A stretch of DNA of 64,000 nucleotides, taken from Terriglobia bacterium. GTDB taxonomy: Bacteria > Acidobacteriota > Polarisedimenticolia > Polarisedimenticolales > JAIQFR01. Positions 37,007 to 45,999 of the stretch are shown in pieces. Within the stretch, counting starts at the first letter, position 1; each line of letters opens with the position of its first letter. The stretch is from assembly GCA_963748015.1 (NCBI GenBank), contig CAVVHE010000005.1:639580-703579 (forward strand). The letters run 5' to 3'. The position numbers and the translations under genes were made by a program. The notes beneath the pieces are model-generated. The model ran no database searches and was not told where the DNA came from. It saw only the letters and a list, made by a program, of their open reading frames with translations.

Positions 37007-37010
37007 GAAA

Positions 37011-37166
37011 CGGAAGAGTGCCGTCCTCCCCGCCCCGTTCCGGCCCACCAGGCCGACCTTCTCCCCGGGATTGAGCTGGAAGGAGGCGTCCACGAGGAGG
37101 ATCCGGCGGCCGTACTGCTTGCAGATGTTCGATAGCGCGATCATGAAGCGGACAGGCCAGCACGCG
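37011..37166 (-). pseudogene. Direct repeat copy 2: displaced, decayed 5' fragment of the ABC-F gene
   Basis: Encodes MIALSNICKQYGRRILL..GRNGAGRTALFR (Walker A K to R); homology ends at ~37011. Confidence 0.88.
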
Positions 37167-37341
37167 CGTTGAGCCCCGGGCGCGGGAGAGTGCCCATCGC
37201 GGGAGCCGGTCGCGTGCGGACGAACAGTCACTTCTCCTCGCTGCGAAGCCGGACCGTGCCGGGCGCTTTTCGCTTGACGCGCCTGTTGCCGCCGAGTAAG
37301 TAGGGATCATGCGAGCGGTGCTGGATGAAAAGGAGGCATGA

Positions 37342-37986
37342 ATGAGGTTGACGACCCGATGGGCCTTGATCGCCGCCTGCGGACTGCTCGCGAGTTGCTC
37401 CTCGGACTCGACGGGCCCGCCGCCGGGAGTGGCCGGCGCCGGCTCGGCTTTCAATGACGGGTCCTACTTCGCCGAGCTGCGGTACTTCAACGATCACTGC
37501 CGGGCGGCCTCGGTCGACGCCACCGGTCCGGGCGCGAGCGGGTCCGTGAGCGTCGGGCTGGTGTGCTCGTCGGACGGCGTCTGGGAGGCGAGCATCCCGC
37601 TCGGGGCGTCGCACCCCGCGTCGGCGACGGCCTACGTGTTCACGATCGACGACGGCCAGCGGGTGTTCCAGCGGGCGGCCACCATCCCCTGCTGGCAGGA
37701 GTCGCTCCCGACCGCCATCGCGCCGAACGGAACGGTCGCGAGCCCGGTCACGTTCCAGTGGTCGTCGCTCGCGGGCTCCGGCATCGAGTACACGGTGTGG
37801 GCCACCCTGACATCGACGGGGAGCGTCACGAAATGGTCGGTGGTCGACCAGGGCTCGGCGACCCGGACATTGGCGCCGGGCGCGTACACCTGGTTCGTGG
37901 ACGCCATCGCCGTCGGTGGCCACGAACCGGGCTCGCCCTGGTTCTGCTCCGCGCGATCGTCGGGGCCGGCATTCACCGTCCAGTAG
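37342..37986 (+). CDS. Hypothetical lipoprotein with Ig/Fn3-like domains
   Basis: AGGAGG RBS; lipobox LLASC; beta-rich sequence with FQW..Y.VW..PGAYTWFV pattern. Confidence 0.72.
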   Translation: MRLTTRWALIAACGLLASCSSDSTGPPPGVAGAGSAFNDGSYFAELRYFNDHCRAASVDATGPGASGSVSVGLVCSSDGVWEASIPLGASHPASATAYVFTIDDGQRVFQRAATIPCWQESLPTAIAPNGTVASPVTFQWSSLAGSGIEYTVWATLTSTGSVTKWSVVDQGSATRTLAPGAYTWFVDAIAVGGHEPGSPWFCSARSSGPAFTVQ

Positions 37987-38000
37987 CGGGCCGGCGGCCC

Positions 38001-38751
38001 CTACTTCCCCCGCAGCTCCTCCCACCCCTCGAACACCTCGCGAATCGCGGCGTGGACGAGGTCGGTGGCGCGGCGGCGGAACTCCGCGGCCTTCGGCGGG
38101 GTCGAGAACCGGGGCGCCGTCGCCGTTTCGCTCGGGGCGCTCGAGGATGATGCTCGCGGGGAACGGGCGGGCCTTGACGCCGTCGATCACCGGCGCGCGA
38201 CGGATCGACGTGGCGCGCGCGGTGTCCACGAGATTCGGGGCGATCGCCAGGACCATCGCGGTCTCCTCGACGCCGGCGTGCCCCGAGGTGACGTCGCCGT
38301 AGAGCTCGAGGGTCGCCTCGCGGGCCGGGCCCCACCACTCGACGGCGACCGAGAAGACGCGCTTCTCCGCCCAGAGGCGCGCGACGACGTCGCCGACCTC
38401 GCGGCTCTGCCCGCCGTGGCCGTTCAGGAGGACGATCCGGCGGAAGCCGGCGTCGGCGAGCCCGGCGGCCGCCTCGAAGAGGTACGCCACGAACGTCGCG
38501 GATGACACCGTGGTCGAGCCGGGATACGGAAGGAGCGAGTTGGTCACGCCGTAGGGCACCGGCGGCGCGACGAGCGCCGGAAGGCGCGGCGCGAGATCGG
38601 CGGCCAGGGCCGACGGGATCAGGATGTCGGTCCCCAGCGGGATCGCGCCGTGGGCCTCGACGGTGCCGACCGGCACGATCGCGGCGTCCACCTCGGAGGG
38701 AACGCGGCTCCGGAACGTTTCCCAGTTGAGATCGGCCAGCTGCCAGCTCAT
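38001..38751 (-). CDS. Creatininase-family amidohydrolase (apparent 1-nt insertion near 38095-38101)
   Basis: PVGTVEAHG..PLGTD, LNGHGG, GHAGVEETA. Removing one base gives ..KAAEFRRRATDLVHAAIREVFEGWEELRGK* ending at 38001. Confidence 0.85.
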
Positions 38752-40343
38752 GACGCCTCCTGCCGGCGATCCCTGCGCATCGCCGTGAACACTCCCGCCG
38801 CGAGCCCCGCGATCGCGAGCCACGCGGCGACGTCCCCGATCCTGCCGTACACCGAGCGTCCCGGGATGATCGGCACGTCGTGCACTTCCATCGCCTCGAC
38901 GTCGAGCGCCGTCCACCCGTGATAGCGCCCGAGCGGGTCCACGAATCCCGAGATCCCCGTGTTGGCGACCCGCACGAACGCGCAACGGTTCTCGATCGCG
39001 CGCATCCTCACCGTGTTCGCCTGGTACGCCTGGAAGAAGGTCCGGCCGAACCAGGCGTCGTTGGTCAGGATCACGATGAAGTCCGACCCGGCGTTCCTGA
39101 GGCGCCGCGCGAGATCGAAGTACAGCTCCTCGTAGCAGATCATCGTCCCGACCCGAGCACCCGCCGCCGGGATCGGGTTGACCTTCGGTCCGCGCGTGAA
39201 CCCGCCCCCGAGCCACCTCAGCTCGCCGCCGCGCCCCGCGAGCACCGGTCCGAGCAGCGGTTCGAACGGGATCCCCTCGACGAACGGCACCAGGTAGATC
39301 TTCGCGCTCCACTCGGGCTCGACCGTGCCGTCGGCGTGCACGGCCATCGCGGCGTTGTAGAACTCGAAGCGATTGGCGTCGAGGATCTTCATGTACTCGA
39401 TCCCGACGACGTAGTCCGCCCTGGTCTCGCGCGCGAGGTCCTGCAGCTCCGGCATCGCGTAGGTCGCCGGCTGCTCGACCCAGTGCTTGAGCGGCCAGGG
39501 GCGCGCGGTCTCCGGCCAGAACACGATCTCGGCCCCGCGGCCGGCGGCGTCGCGGCTCATCGCCGCGAGCGTCTTCCACTGCTCCCCTTCGGTCTTGAGC
39601 CCGTGCTTCACGTCGAGGGGGACGTTCGGCTGCACGATGCCGACCCGCACCGTCCGGGTGGGCCGAGGCGGGTGGGTCCACGCCCAGGCGTCGTAGAGCA
39701 GCACGGCCGCCGCGAGCCCGCCGAGAACGGCGGCCGCGCGCCGCCCCGCGGGACGTCCCCGGCTCCGCCACGCCTCGTAGAGGAGGCCGTTCGCGGCCAG
39801 CATCGCCACTCCGACGCCGTACGGCCCCACGAGGTCCGCGAACTGGACGAGGAACGGGTAGGCGGCGAGCGAGTGCCCCAAGTGGTCGGCGGTCATGCGC
39901 AGGTCGGTCAGGTTCCGCTCCCACTCGAGCGGGATCCACGCGAGCGGGAGGGAGACGGCCCACGGCCACCCCGCCGAGTGCCGGAGCCAGGCGGCGAGCG
40001 TCAGACCGAGCATCGCGTACGCGGCGAACGCCGCCGCGAGCCCGAGCCAGAGCACCGCGGCCAGCCACGAGTACTCCAGCATGGCGCGCATCCAGCTCAG
40101 GCCCAGGACGAACGCGACCATGCCGAAGAGGAGCGCTGCGCGCAGCCGCTCCTTCCGAGGCCGCTCTCGGTTGGCGTCGAGCCAGAGGAGGATCGGCAGG
40201 AACGCGACGAAATTCGGAACGAGCGGGGGGATCGCGACGTACGCCGCGGCGAGCAACAAGCCGGAGAGCACCGGCAGCCGCCAGTGGCTTTTCGTCCAAG
40301 CGTCCAACGAATACCCCTCAGCCCGCGGGGACGGCAACCGCAC
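38748..40343 (-). CDS. lnt: Apolipoprotein N-acyltransferase
   Basis: Multi-TM N-terminus, VQPNV, WPETA, KIYLVPFVE, ICYE, TNDAWFG, NTGISG. Start uncertain. Confidence 0.92.
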   Translation of the reverse strand: MRLPSPRAEGYSLDAWTKSHWRLPVLSGLLLAAAYVAIPPLVPNFVAFLPILLWLDANRERPRKERLRAALLFGMVAFVLGLSWMRAMLEYSWLAAVLWLGLAAAFAAYAMLGLTLAAWLRHSAGWPWAVSLPLAWIPLEWERNLTDLRMTADHLGHSLAAYPFLVQFADLVGPYGVGVAMLAANGLLYEAWRSRGRPAGRRAAAVLGGLAAAVLLYDAWAWTHPPRPTRTVRVGIVQPNVPLDVKHGLKTEGEQWKTLAAMSRDAAGRGAEIVFWPETARPWPLKHWVEQPATYAMPELQDLARETRADYVVGIEYMKILDANRFEFYNAAMAVHADGTVEPEWSAKIYLVPFVEGIPFEPLLGPVLAGRGGELRWLGGGFTRGPKVNPIPAAGARVGTMICYEELYFDLARRLRNAGSDFIVILTNDAWFGRTFFQAYQANTVRMRAIENRCAFVRVANTGISGFVDPLGRYHGWTALDVEAMEVHDVPIIPGRSVYGRIGDVAAWLAIAGLAAGVFTAMRRDRRQEAS

Positions 40344-40472
40344 TCAGGCCTGACCGATCGCTTCTTTCGACCATGCGCGGGAGTGCGGTTGCTGTCCCTC
40401 TTCCGCATCCCCTCTTCCGGCTTCTGTCCCTCCCGACGGTTGCCCTCCCTTTCGGATGTTATCATCCTAGTG

Positions 40473-41057
40473 ATGACTCCTTCCGGCAGGGAAACCGAGA
40501 TCAAGCTCCCGTTCGCGTCGCCGGCCGAGGCGGAGGCGCGCCTCGCCGCGATCGGCGCGACGCGCGAGCGCGCGCGGGAGTTCGAGGAGAACGTCCTCTT
40601 CGACCTTCCCGGCGACGCGCTGCGCGCTTCGGGGCGCCTGCTGCGATTGAGGCGCGCGGGTGGGCGCGCGGTCCTCACGTTCAAGGGGCCGGTGCCCGGC
40701 GAGCACCGCCACAAGGTCCGCGTGGAGCACGAGACGTCGGTGGACCGCCCCGACGCGGTGGCCCTGCTGCTCGAGGGCCTCGGATACGCGCCGCGCTATC
40801 GCTATCAGAAGTACAGGACGACCTTCGCCCTCGAGGGGCTCGAGATCGCGCTCGACGAGACGCCGATCGGCTGCTTCGTGGAGCTCGAAGGGGAGCCCGA
40901 AGCGATCGACCGGGTCGCGGCGCGCCTCGGGTTCGACGCGTCGCAGTACATCCTGGCCACCTACCGCCAGCTCCAGGAGCAACTCGCGGCCGGATTGGAC
41001 ACCGAGCCGGGAGACCTCGTGTTCGGGAACGGCCCGGCCGGAGCCGGCCGCCCGTGA
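40473..41057 (+). CDS. CYTH-domain protein (class IV adenylate cyclase-like)
   Basis: ETEIK, LLRLR, LTFKGP, EHET, YQKYR, LDETPIGCFVELE. Confidence 0.9.
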   Translation: MTPSGRETEIKLPFASPAEAEARLAAIGATRERAREFEENVLFDLPGDALRASGRLLRLRRAGGRAVLTFKGPVPGEHRHKVRVEHETSVDRPDAVALLLEGLGYAPRYRYQKYRTTFALEGLEIALDETPIGCFVELEGEPEAIDRVAARLGFDASQYILATYRQLQEQLAAGLDTEPGDLVFGNGPAGAGRP

Positions 41058-42130
41058 AGGGGATGGTCCTGGCGGCGGGGCTCGGCGAGCGGATGCTCCC
41101 GCTCACCCTCACCGTGCCCAAGCCCGCGCTCCCGGTGCTCGGCCGCCCGATGATCCTCGAGATCTTGAGACAGCTCGTGCGGAACGGCGCGACCTCGGTC
41201 GCGGTGAACCTCCACCACCTCCCGGAAAGGCTCGGGCAGGTCCTCCTCGAGGCGCGGAATCTCGGCGTCGAGCACCTGCACCTCTCTTCCGAAGAAAAGA
41301 TCCTCGGAACCGCGGGGGGACTGCGGCACGCGGCGCGATTCCTGCGCGGGAGCGGCACGATCCTGGTCCGGAACGCGGATTTCCTCGCGGATGTGGACAT
41401 CATGCGGGCCGCGATGGCCCACCGGGCGAGCGGTTGCCTCGCCACGCTGGTCCTCGGGCCCGCGCGTCCGGGGTACACGGTCGTAGAGGTGGACCGCGCG
41501 GGGCGGGTGCTCTCCCTCGGCGGCGCGCCGGCAGACCCGTCCCGCGTCGCGGGAAGGCGGTTCTTCACCGGGCTCCACTTCATCGAGGAGGAGGTGCTGG
41601 ACCTGATCCCGGCGCGCGGCGCGAGCGACATCGTCAGGGACGTGTACCGGGGCCTCGCCTCGGAGGGGAGGCTCGGGTCGTTCGATCATTCGGGGCGGTG
41701 GTTCGATTTCGGCTCGCCGAAGGACTACCTCGACGGATCGCTGGACCTCCTGGAACTGTCCTCGGACACGCGCGCCGCCATGCTCGAGACCGACCCGGTT
41801 CGCAGTATCGGCCAGGCGATCGTGGCGCTAGGGCCCGGGGCCGATTTCCACCACGGGGTGGAGGTCCACGGGCGGGCGGCCATCGGTTTCGCCGCGAGGG
41901 TCGGCGAAGGGTCCCGCGTCGAGGACTCGCTGATCCTGGACGAGGCCTGGGTCGGCCCGGGGTGCCGCCTCCGGCGGGTCATCGTGGGGCCGGGGACGGA
42001 GTTGCCCGCGGGTTTCGAGCTGGAGGATGCGGTCGTCTGCGGTGATGTCGAGCCCAGGGTCGAGCTGCCGGCCCGCACGGAGAGGCGCGACGGCCTGCTC
42101 GTCCGGCCTCTTCTGAGCGGACCGCGGTGA
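41054..42130 (+). CDS. Sugar-1-phosphate nucleotidyltransferase (MurU-like) with beta-helix tail
   Basis: MVLAAGLGERMLPLT..PKP, LGTAGG, WFDFGS; GTGA overlap with the CYTH stop. Confidence 0.85.
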   Translation: MKGMVLAAGLGERMLPLTLTVPKPALPVLGRPMILEILRQLVRNGATSVAVNLHHLPERLGQVLLEARNLGVEHLHLSSEEKILGTAGGLRHAARFLRGSGTILVRNADFLADVDIMRAAMAHRASGCLATLVLGPARPGYTVVEVDRAGRVLSLGGAPADPSRVAGRRFFTGLHFIEEEVLDLIPARGASDIVRDVYRGLASEGRLGSFDHSGRWFDFGSPKDYLDGSLDLLELSSDTRAAMLETDPVRSIGQAIVALGPGADFHHGVEVHGRAAIGFAARVGEGSRVEDSLILDEAWVGPGCRLRRVIVGPGTELPAGFELEDAVVCGDVEPRVELPARTERRDGLLVRPLLSGPR

Positions 42131-43125
42131 GCGAGGCCCTCCGCCCCGAGATCCGAAGGCTTCTCGATGCGCTCTTTCCCGGAGCGAGGGCGGAGGCCGT
42201 CGCCGGGGACGCCTCCACCCGCCGGTTCCTGCGGGTCGTCCCGCCGGACGGCCCGTCCCGCATCGTCATGGACTACGGCGCGCCGTTCGAGGGGGAGACC
42301 GACGATATCCGGCTCGGCCGGATCTTCGAGCAGGCGCGGCTTCCGGTCGCGCGGGTCGAGCGGGTGTGCCCGGCGGAAGGCTGCCTAATCCTCGAGGACC
42401 TCGGGAGGCGCACGCTCGAGAGCACGCTGCTCGGGCTCCCGCCTGGGGAAACGGCCGAGCGGGACCGGCTCTACGAGGAGGCGGTCGGCCTTGCCGTCGC
42501 GATCGCCACCCGCGGCACGGCCGCCCTCGAGCGGTCGGACCGCGCCACCTCCCCCGCACTCGACCCGGCGCGCTTCCGATTCGAGATGGACTTCTTCGTC
42601 GAGCACTACGCGGGGGGGCTCATGGGGCTCCACCCGGTGCCCGCAACCCTGGTCTCGGTCCTCCACGAGCTGGCTGACCAGGCCGCCGGCTGCTCCCGGC
42701 CGGTGCTCTGCCACCGCGACTACCACAGCCGGAACCTGATGGTCCGCGCCGACGGGACCCTCGCCATGGTGGACATCCAGGACGCCCGTCGTGGCCCACT
42801 CGGGTACGACCTGGCGTCCCTGATTTACGACGCCTATGTCGAGCTCGACGAGCCACTTGTCTCGCGGCTGGTCGAGCGCTACCGCGCCGCCCTTCCCGAT
42901 CCCCCCGACCCGGTCACCTTCGACGCCTCTCTGACCTTGCTCGCCGCGCAACGCATGATCAAGGCCCTGGGCACCTTCGGCTACCAAGCCTCCGTCCTCG
43001 GCCGCCGCCGCTACCTCGACGGGGTGCCGCGCACCCTATCCCGCCTCTCCCAACTCCTCCCCCGGTCCCCACGGACCGCCTCCATCGCCCGCCACCTCCG
43101 CGCCACCGGCCTACTCGCGGACTGA
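42127..43125 (+). CDS. Anomeric MurNAc/GlcNAc kinase AmgK-like (APH family)
   Basis: GDASTRRFLR, LEDLG, HRDYHSRNLM, DIQDA..GP.GYDLASL, KALGTF. Confidence 0.85.
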   Translation: MSEALRPEIRRLLDALFPGARAEAVAGDASTRRFLRVVPPDGPSRIVMDYGAPFEGETDDIRLGRIFEQARLPVARVERVCPAEGCLILEDLGRRTLESTLLGLPPGETAERDRLYEEAVGLAVAIATRGTAALERSDRATSPALDPARFRFEMDFFVEHYAGGLMGLHPVPATLVSVLHELADQAAGCSRPVLCHRDYHSRNLMVRADGTLAMVDIQDARRGPLGYDLASLIYDAYVELDEPLVSRLVERYRAALPDPPDPVTFDASLTLLAAQRMIKALGTFGYQASVLGRRRYLDGVPRTLSRLSQLLPRSPRTASIARHLRATGLLAD

Positions 43126-43126
43126 A

Positions 43127-44491
43127 TCAGCGAAAGCGGATCCCTTCGAAGACCAGGGTGGGAGTGACCACGCCGTTGGCGAAGTGTTGGGAGGGGCCGA
43201 CGGAGCGGATGCAGCGGGCTACGAGGTCGCGGGGATGGACCGGTAGACGGAGGCGGTCGAGGGAGGCGGATGGGCGGCCTTCGTGGAGCCAGGTTCCCAG
43301 GAGATCGAGGACCCAGCGGTCGGGTGCCAGGCGATGGACCCGCAGGTCGTGCGCGCCGAATCCCTTGGATGGCATCGGGTCTCCCCCGCCCTCGAGGACC
43401 AGGGTGGTGAACATCGGCGACGGCATGTCCCGGTAGGACGGCCTCCGGTAATGGCCCCGGGTGCCAAGGTGGCCTACGACGCCGGCCCCGTCCGCGAGGA
43501 CCAGCCGCCGGGCGGCAAACCCCGCATCGTCGAAACTGCCGCCGGACAGCCCACCCACCCATAAGGGGTCGTCCGATAGCCTCCAGGCTCGACCCACCGC
43601 GACCGTTGGGTGGGCGCCGGGGGCATGGAGGGTCGCCGCGAGGGCGGCGACTAGGGCCGCCGCCGCGTCGCCGGTCACGGCGAGGGCTCCGACGGGCGGC
43701 GATGCGCCCTTTTCCTTGCCGAGGGCCTCGCTCTCGATCCCTTGCGCCCAGGTCCGCGGGGGCAACGCGCGCAACGATCGCGCCGCCACGACCCGCGGGC
43801 GCTCCCGATCATGGCCGAGGCCCTGACCCCGGACCATGACCAACGCCCAAACCCTGCTTCGGGTGCGCACGGCCATCAGGCCGCCGTCGGCGATCAAGGC
43901 CTCCGCGGTGACCGCGGCCTCCACCCATGCGGGACCGAGGGTGACTCCATGCCGGCTCGCGGCCTTGCGAGACAACGCGAGGGCCTCCGTCAACCAGCCT
44001 CGCAGCTCTTCGACGGCCGGGAGGGTCGCGCCGCGCTCGCGATCCTCCAGCGGCCCACGCGCGCTCCGCCCCCAGAGGCTCTCCTCCGACGGACTGGCCT
44101 GCGGCGTCGCTCGCAGGACCATGCTCATCACACGTTCGAGAGCCGCACCCCCGCCTCCCGAGCACGCGGCGAACGAGAAGCCTTCCGCTCCGCGATCGAG
44201 CCGGATCGCCATGCCTTCGTCCCGCGCCGAGAACGACCTCGGTCGCGTCTCGGGCGGATCGACACTCACGCGCACGCGGGTCGAGAGCCTTCGAAAGATC
44301 TCCACCTTCGACCCTGGCGCGAACGATCGCGCCCGATGGAGAAACGACTTCGCATCAATAAGGAGGGAGCGCACATCGAACGGCCGCGATGCGCAACGCT
44401 GCTCATCCTTGGCAATCGCGCTCAGCGTGCGACCCTGATCGATGCTCCCCTGCTCGATCGGCGGGAATAAAGAGCTTTCAATTGTCCTCAT
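43127..44491 (-). CDS. Divergent TldE/PmbA-like protein
   Basis: GMAIRL..FSFA, LSDDP..FDDAG, C-terminal TPTLVFEG; ATGA-coupled to the tldD-like gene; no HExxxH. Confidence 0.6.
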   Translation of the reverse strand: MRTIESSLFPPIEQGSIDQGRTLSAIAKDEQRCASRPFDVRSLLIDAKSFLHRARSFAPGSKVEIFRRLSTRVRVSVDPPETRPRSFSARDEGMAIRLDRGAEGFSFAACSGGGGAALERVMSMVLRATPQASPSEESLWGRSARGPLEDRERGATLPAVEELRGWLTEALALSRKAASRHGVTLGPAWVEAAVTAEALIADGGLMAVRTRSRVWALVMVRGQGLGHDRERPRVVAARSLRALPPRTWAQGIESEALGKEKGASPPVGALAVTGDAAAALVAALAATLHAPGAHPTVAVGRAWRLSDDPLWVGGLSGGSFDDAGFAARRLVLADGAGVVGHLGTRGHYRRPSYRDMPSPMFTTLVLEGGGDPMPSKGFGAHDLRVHRLAPDRWVLDLLGTWLHEGRPSASLDRLRLPVHPRDLVARCIRSVGPSQHFANGVVTPTLVFEGIRFR

Positions 44492-45837
44492 GAAATGACC
44501 GTGGTCAGCCCGATCCTGAATGTCGGCGCGCCGACGCTGGTAGCCAGGGGTTGACCATCGCGCATGCATGACCCGATGCACGTGTCGAACGCGAGATCCG
44601 ACGCGATCCTCTCGAAACTGGACAAGGCCTCGCGCATGGTCAAGGTCAGAAGGAAGGGCTCGAGCGGCACGTCGAGACGACCACGGTGAACGAGATCCGC
44701 GTCGGTGACACGCAGCGTCATCTCGCCCGTGGAGGGGTCGGTGCTCGCGGCCTCCATGCGTCGAACGTACACGCCACGCGCGACTCCCTCGAGCGCATCC
44801 GCGGCATCGTGGCTGCCCGGCGCCAGGAACGTGCAGCCCATCCTTGGGCGGACCGGTTCCTGATACGACGACCTCCGCCCGTGACCCGTGGGGAGAGCAC
44901 CCGATGCGGCGGCCGACCTCTGATCATGAAGGAGGCCGGCGACTCTCCCACCGCGGACGAGGACGACAGCACTTGCCTGCTCACCCTCATCATCCACACG
45001 CCAGGGCGCGCGACCGCGGCGAGGGTCATCCACGATGCGGACCGGCCTCGGCGCGACCCGACCTTCCGCCGCGCCGAGGGCTGACGCTCCCCTGTGCACG
45101 GTGTCCGCCTCGAGAGCGTGCCCCGCCAGCTCGTGGATGAGGATGCCGCCGGTGCCCGGGGCGAAGACGACGGGCAGTCGTCCCGGAGGCGCCCGGCGCG
45201 CCCCGACCCGGAGCAGGGCTCGCTCCGCGACCCGGCGGGCGAGCTCGTCCAGCCCCTGGACAGGGCCCGGGCCGAAAGCCTCCTCGCCCACCGCCGCGCC
45301 GACCCCTTGCCTCATGGCCACCCGGACCTCGAGGCGAACCCGGCGCCCCACCCTGACGTCCGAAGCAACCTCCCGTCCCGGGCGGGCCACCCAAATCCTC
45401 TGATCGAACGCCACCCAACGGGCATTGAAAGAGGCTCTGACGGGGCCGACCGCCTGCCGGGCCGCCGCCAGGAGGCTCGCCACGACCTCCTCGGCCGCCC
45501 GCGGGTCCAGGGTCGCCTCGGGTCGTACCCGAGAATGGGTGGCCCTCCGGCGGGGGGCGACCCCGGCGCCGATGGCCCGCGCCAGGATGGCGGCGTCCCG
45601 CGGCAAGGGGTCCGGGACCGACGCCTCGAAGCGGCCGGCCGGCCCACCCCGCCCCGCCAGTCCGCACAGGAAGGCGTGGGCCGCCTCCCGGACCCCCCCA
45701 TCTCCTGCCTCGATCCGCAGATCTTCCCGCTCCTCGAGGAAGAGCAGCGGGTTCCCCCGGCCTCCCCGCAGCAGCGCCGCGGCGGAGAGGAGCGGCGCTT
45801 CCCAGAGATCGTCCGACGCTGCGGGAGAAAGGTGCAA
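44488..45837 (-). CDS. TldD-family metalloprotease
   Basis: GILIHELAGHALEAD (HExxxH), VDDP..DDEG, TGHGRR..Y..PRM, GSC..GQ..VGAPT. Confidence 0.82.
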   Translation of the reverse strand: MHLSPAASDDLWEAPLLSAAALLRGGRGNPLLFLEEREDLRIEAGDGGVREAAHAFLCGLAGRGGPAGRFEASVPDPLPRDAAILARAIGAGVAPRRRATHSRVRPEATLDPRAAEEVVASLLAAARQAVGPVRASFNARWVAFDQRIWVARPGREVASDVRVGRRVRLEVRVAMRQGVGAAVGEEAFGPGPVQGLDELARRVAERALLRVGARRAPPGRLPVVFAPGTGGILIHELAGHALEADTVHRGASALGAAEGRVAPRPVRIVDDPRRGRAPWRVDDEGEQASAVVLVRGGRVAGLLHDQRSAAASGALPTGHGRRSSYQEPVRPRMGCTFLAPGSHDAADALEGVARGVYVRRMEAASTDPSTGEMTLRVTDADLVHRGRLDVPLEPFLLTLTMREALSSFERIASDLAFDTCIGSCMRDGQPLATSVGAPTFRIGLTTVIS

Positions 45838-45999
45838 CGGGTGGTGCCTCGACCTACTTGAAAGCGGTTTTCCCGGGCCCTATGTTCTCTCGGGCACCGG
45901 CGGGAGTTCACCGAAAGGGGCGGACCGCCCGTCGGTCCAGCAGTTCGGCCGCGGGGACAGGCCGAACGGCTCGATCAGTAACCGGCCCGGGGATAACCG

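Larger units (their letters stand above)
26256..37010. mobile_element. Putative integrated island or insertion bounded by ABC-F 5' duplication; no integrase seen
   Basis: Flanking 156-bp direct repeats, four co-oriented accessory genes, visibly more A/T-ending codons in ~28860-33700. Confidence 0.55.
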
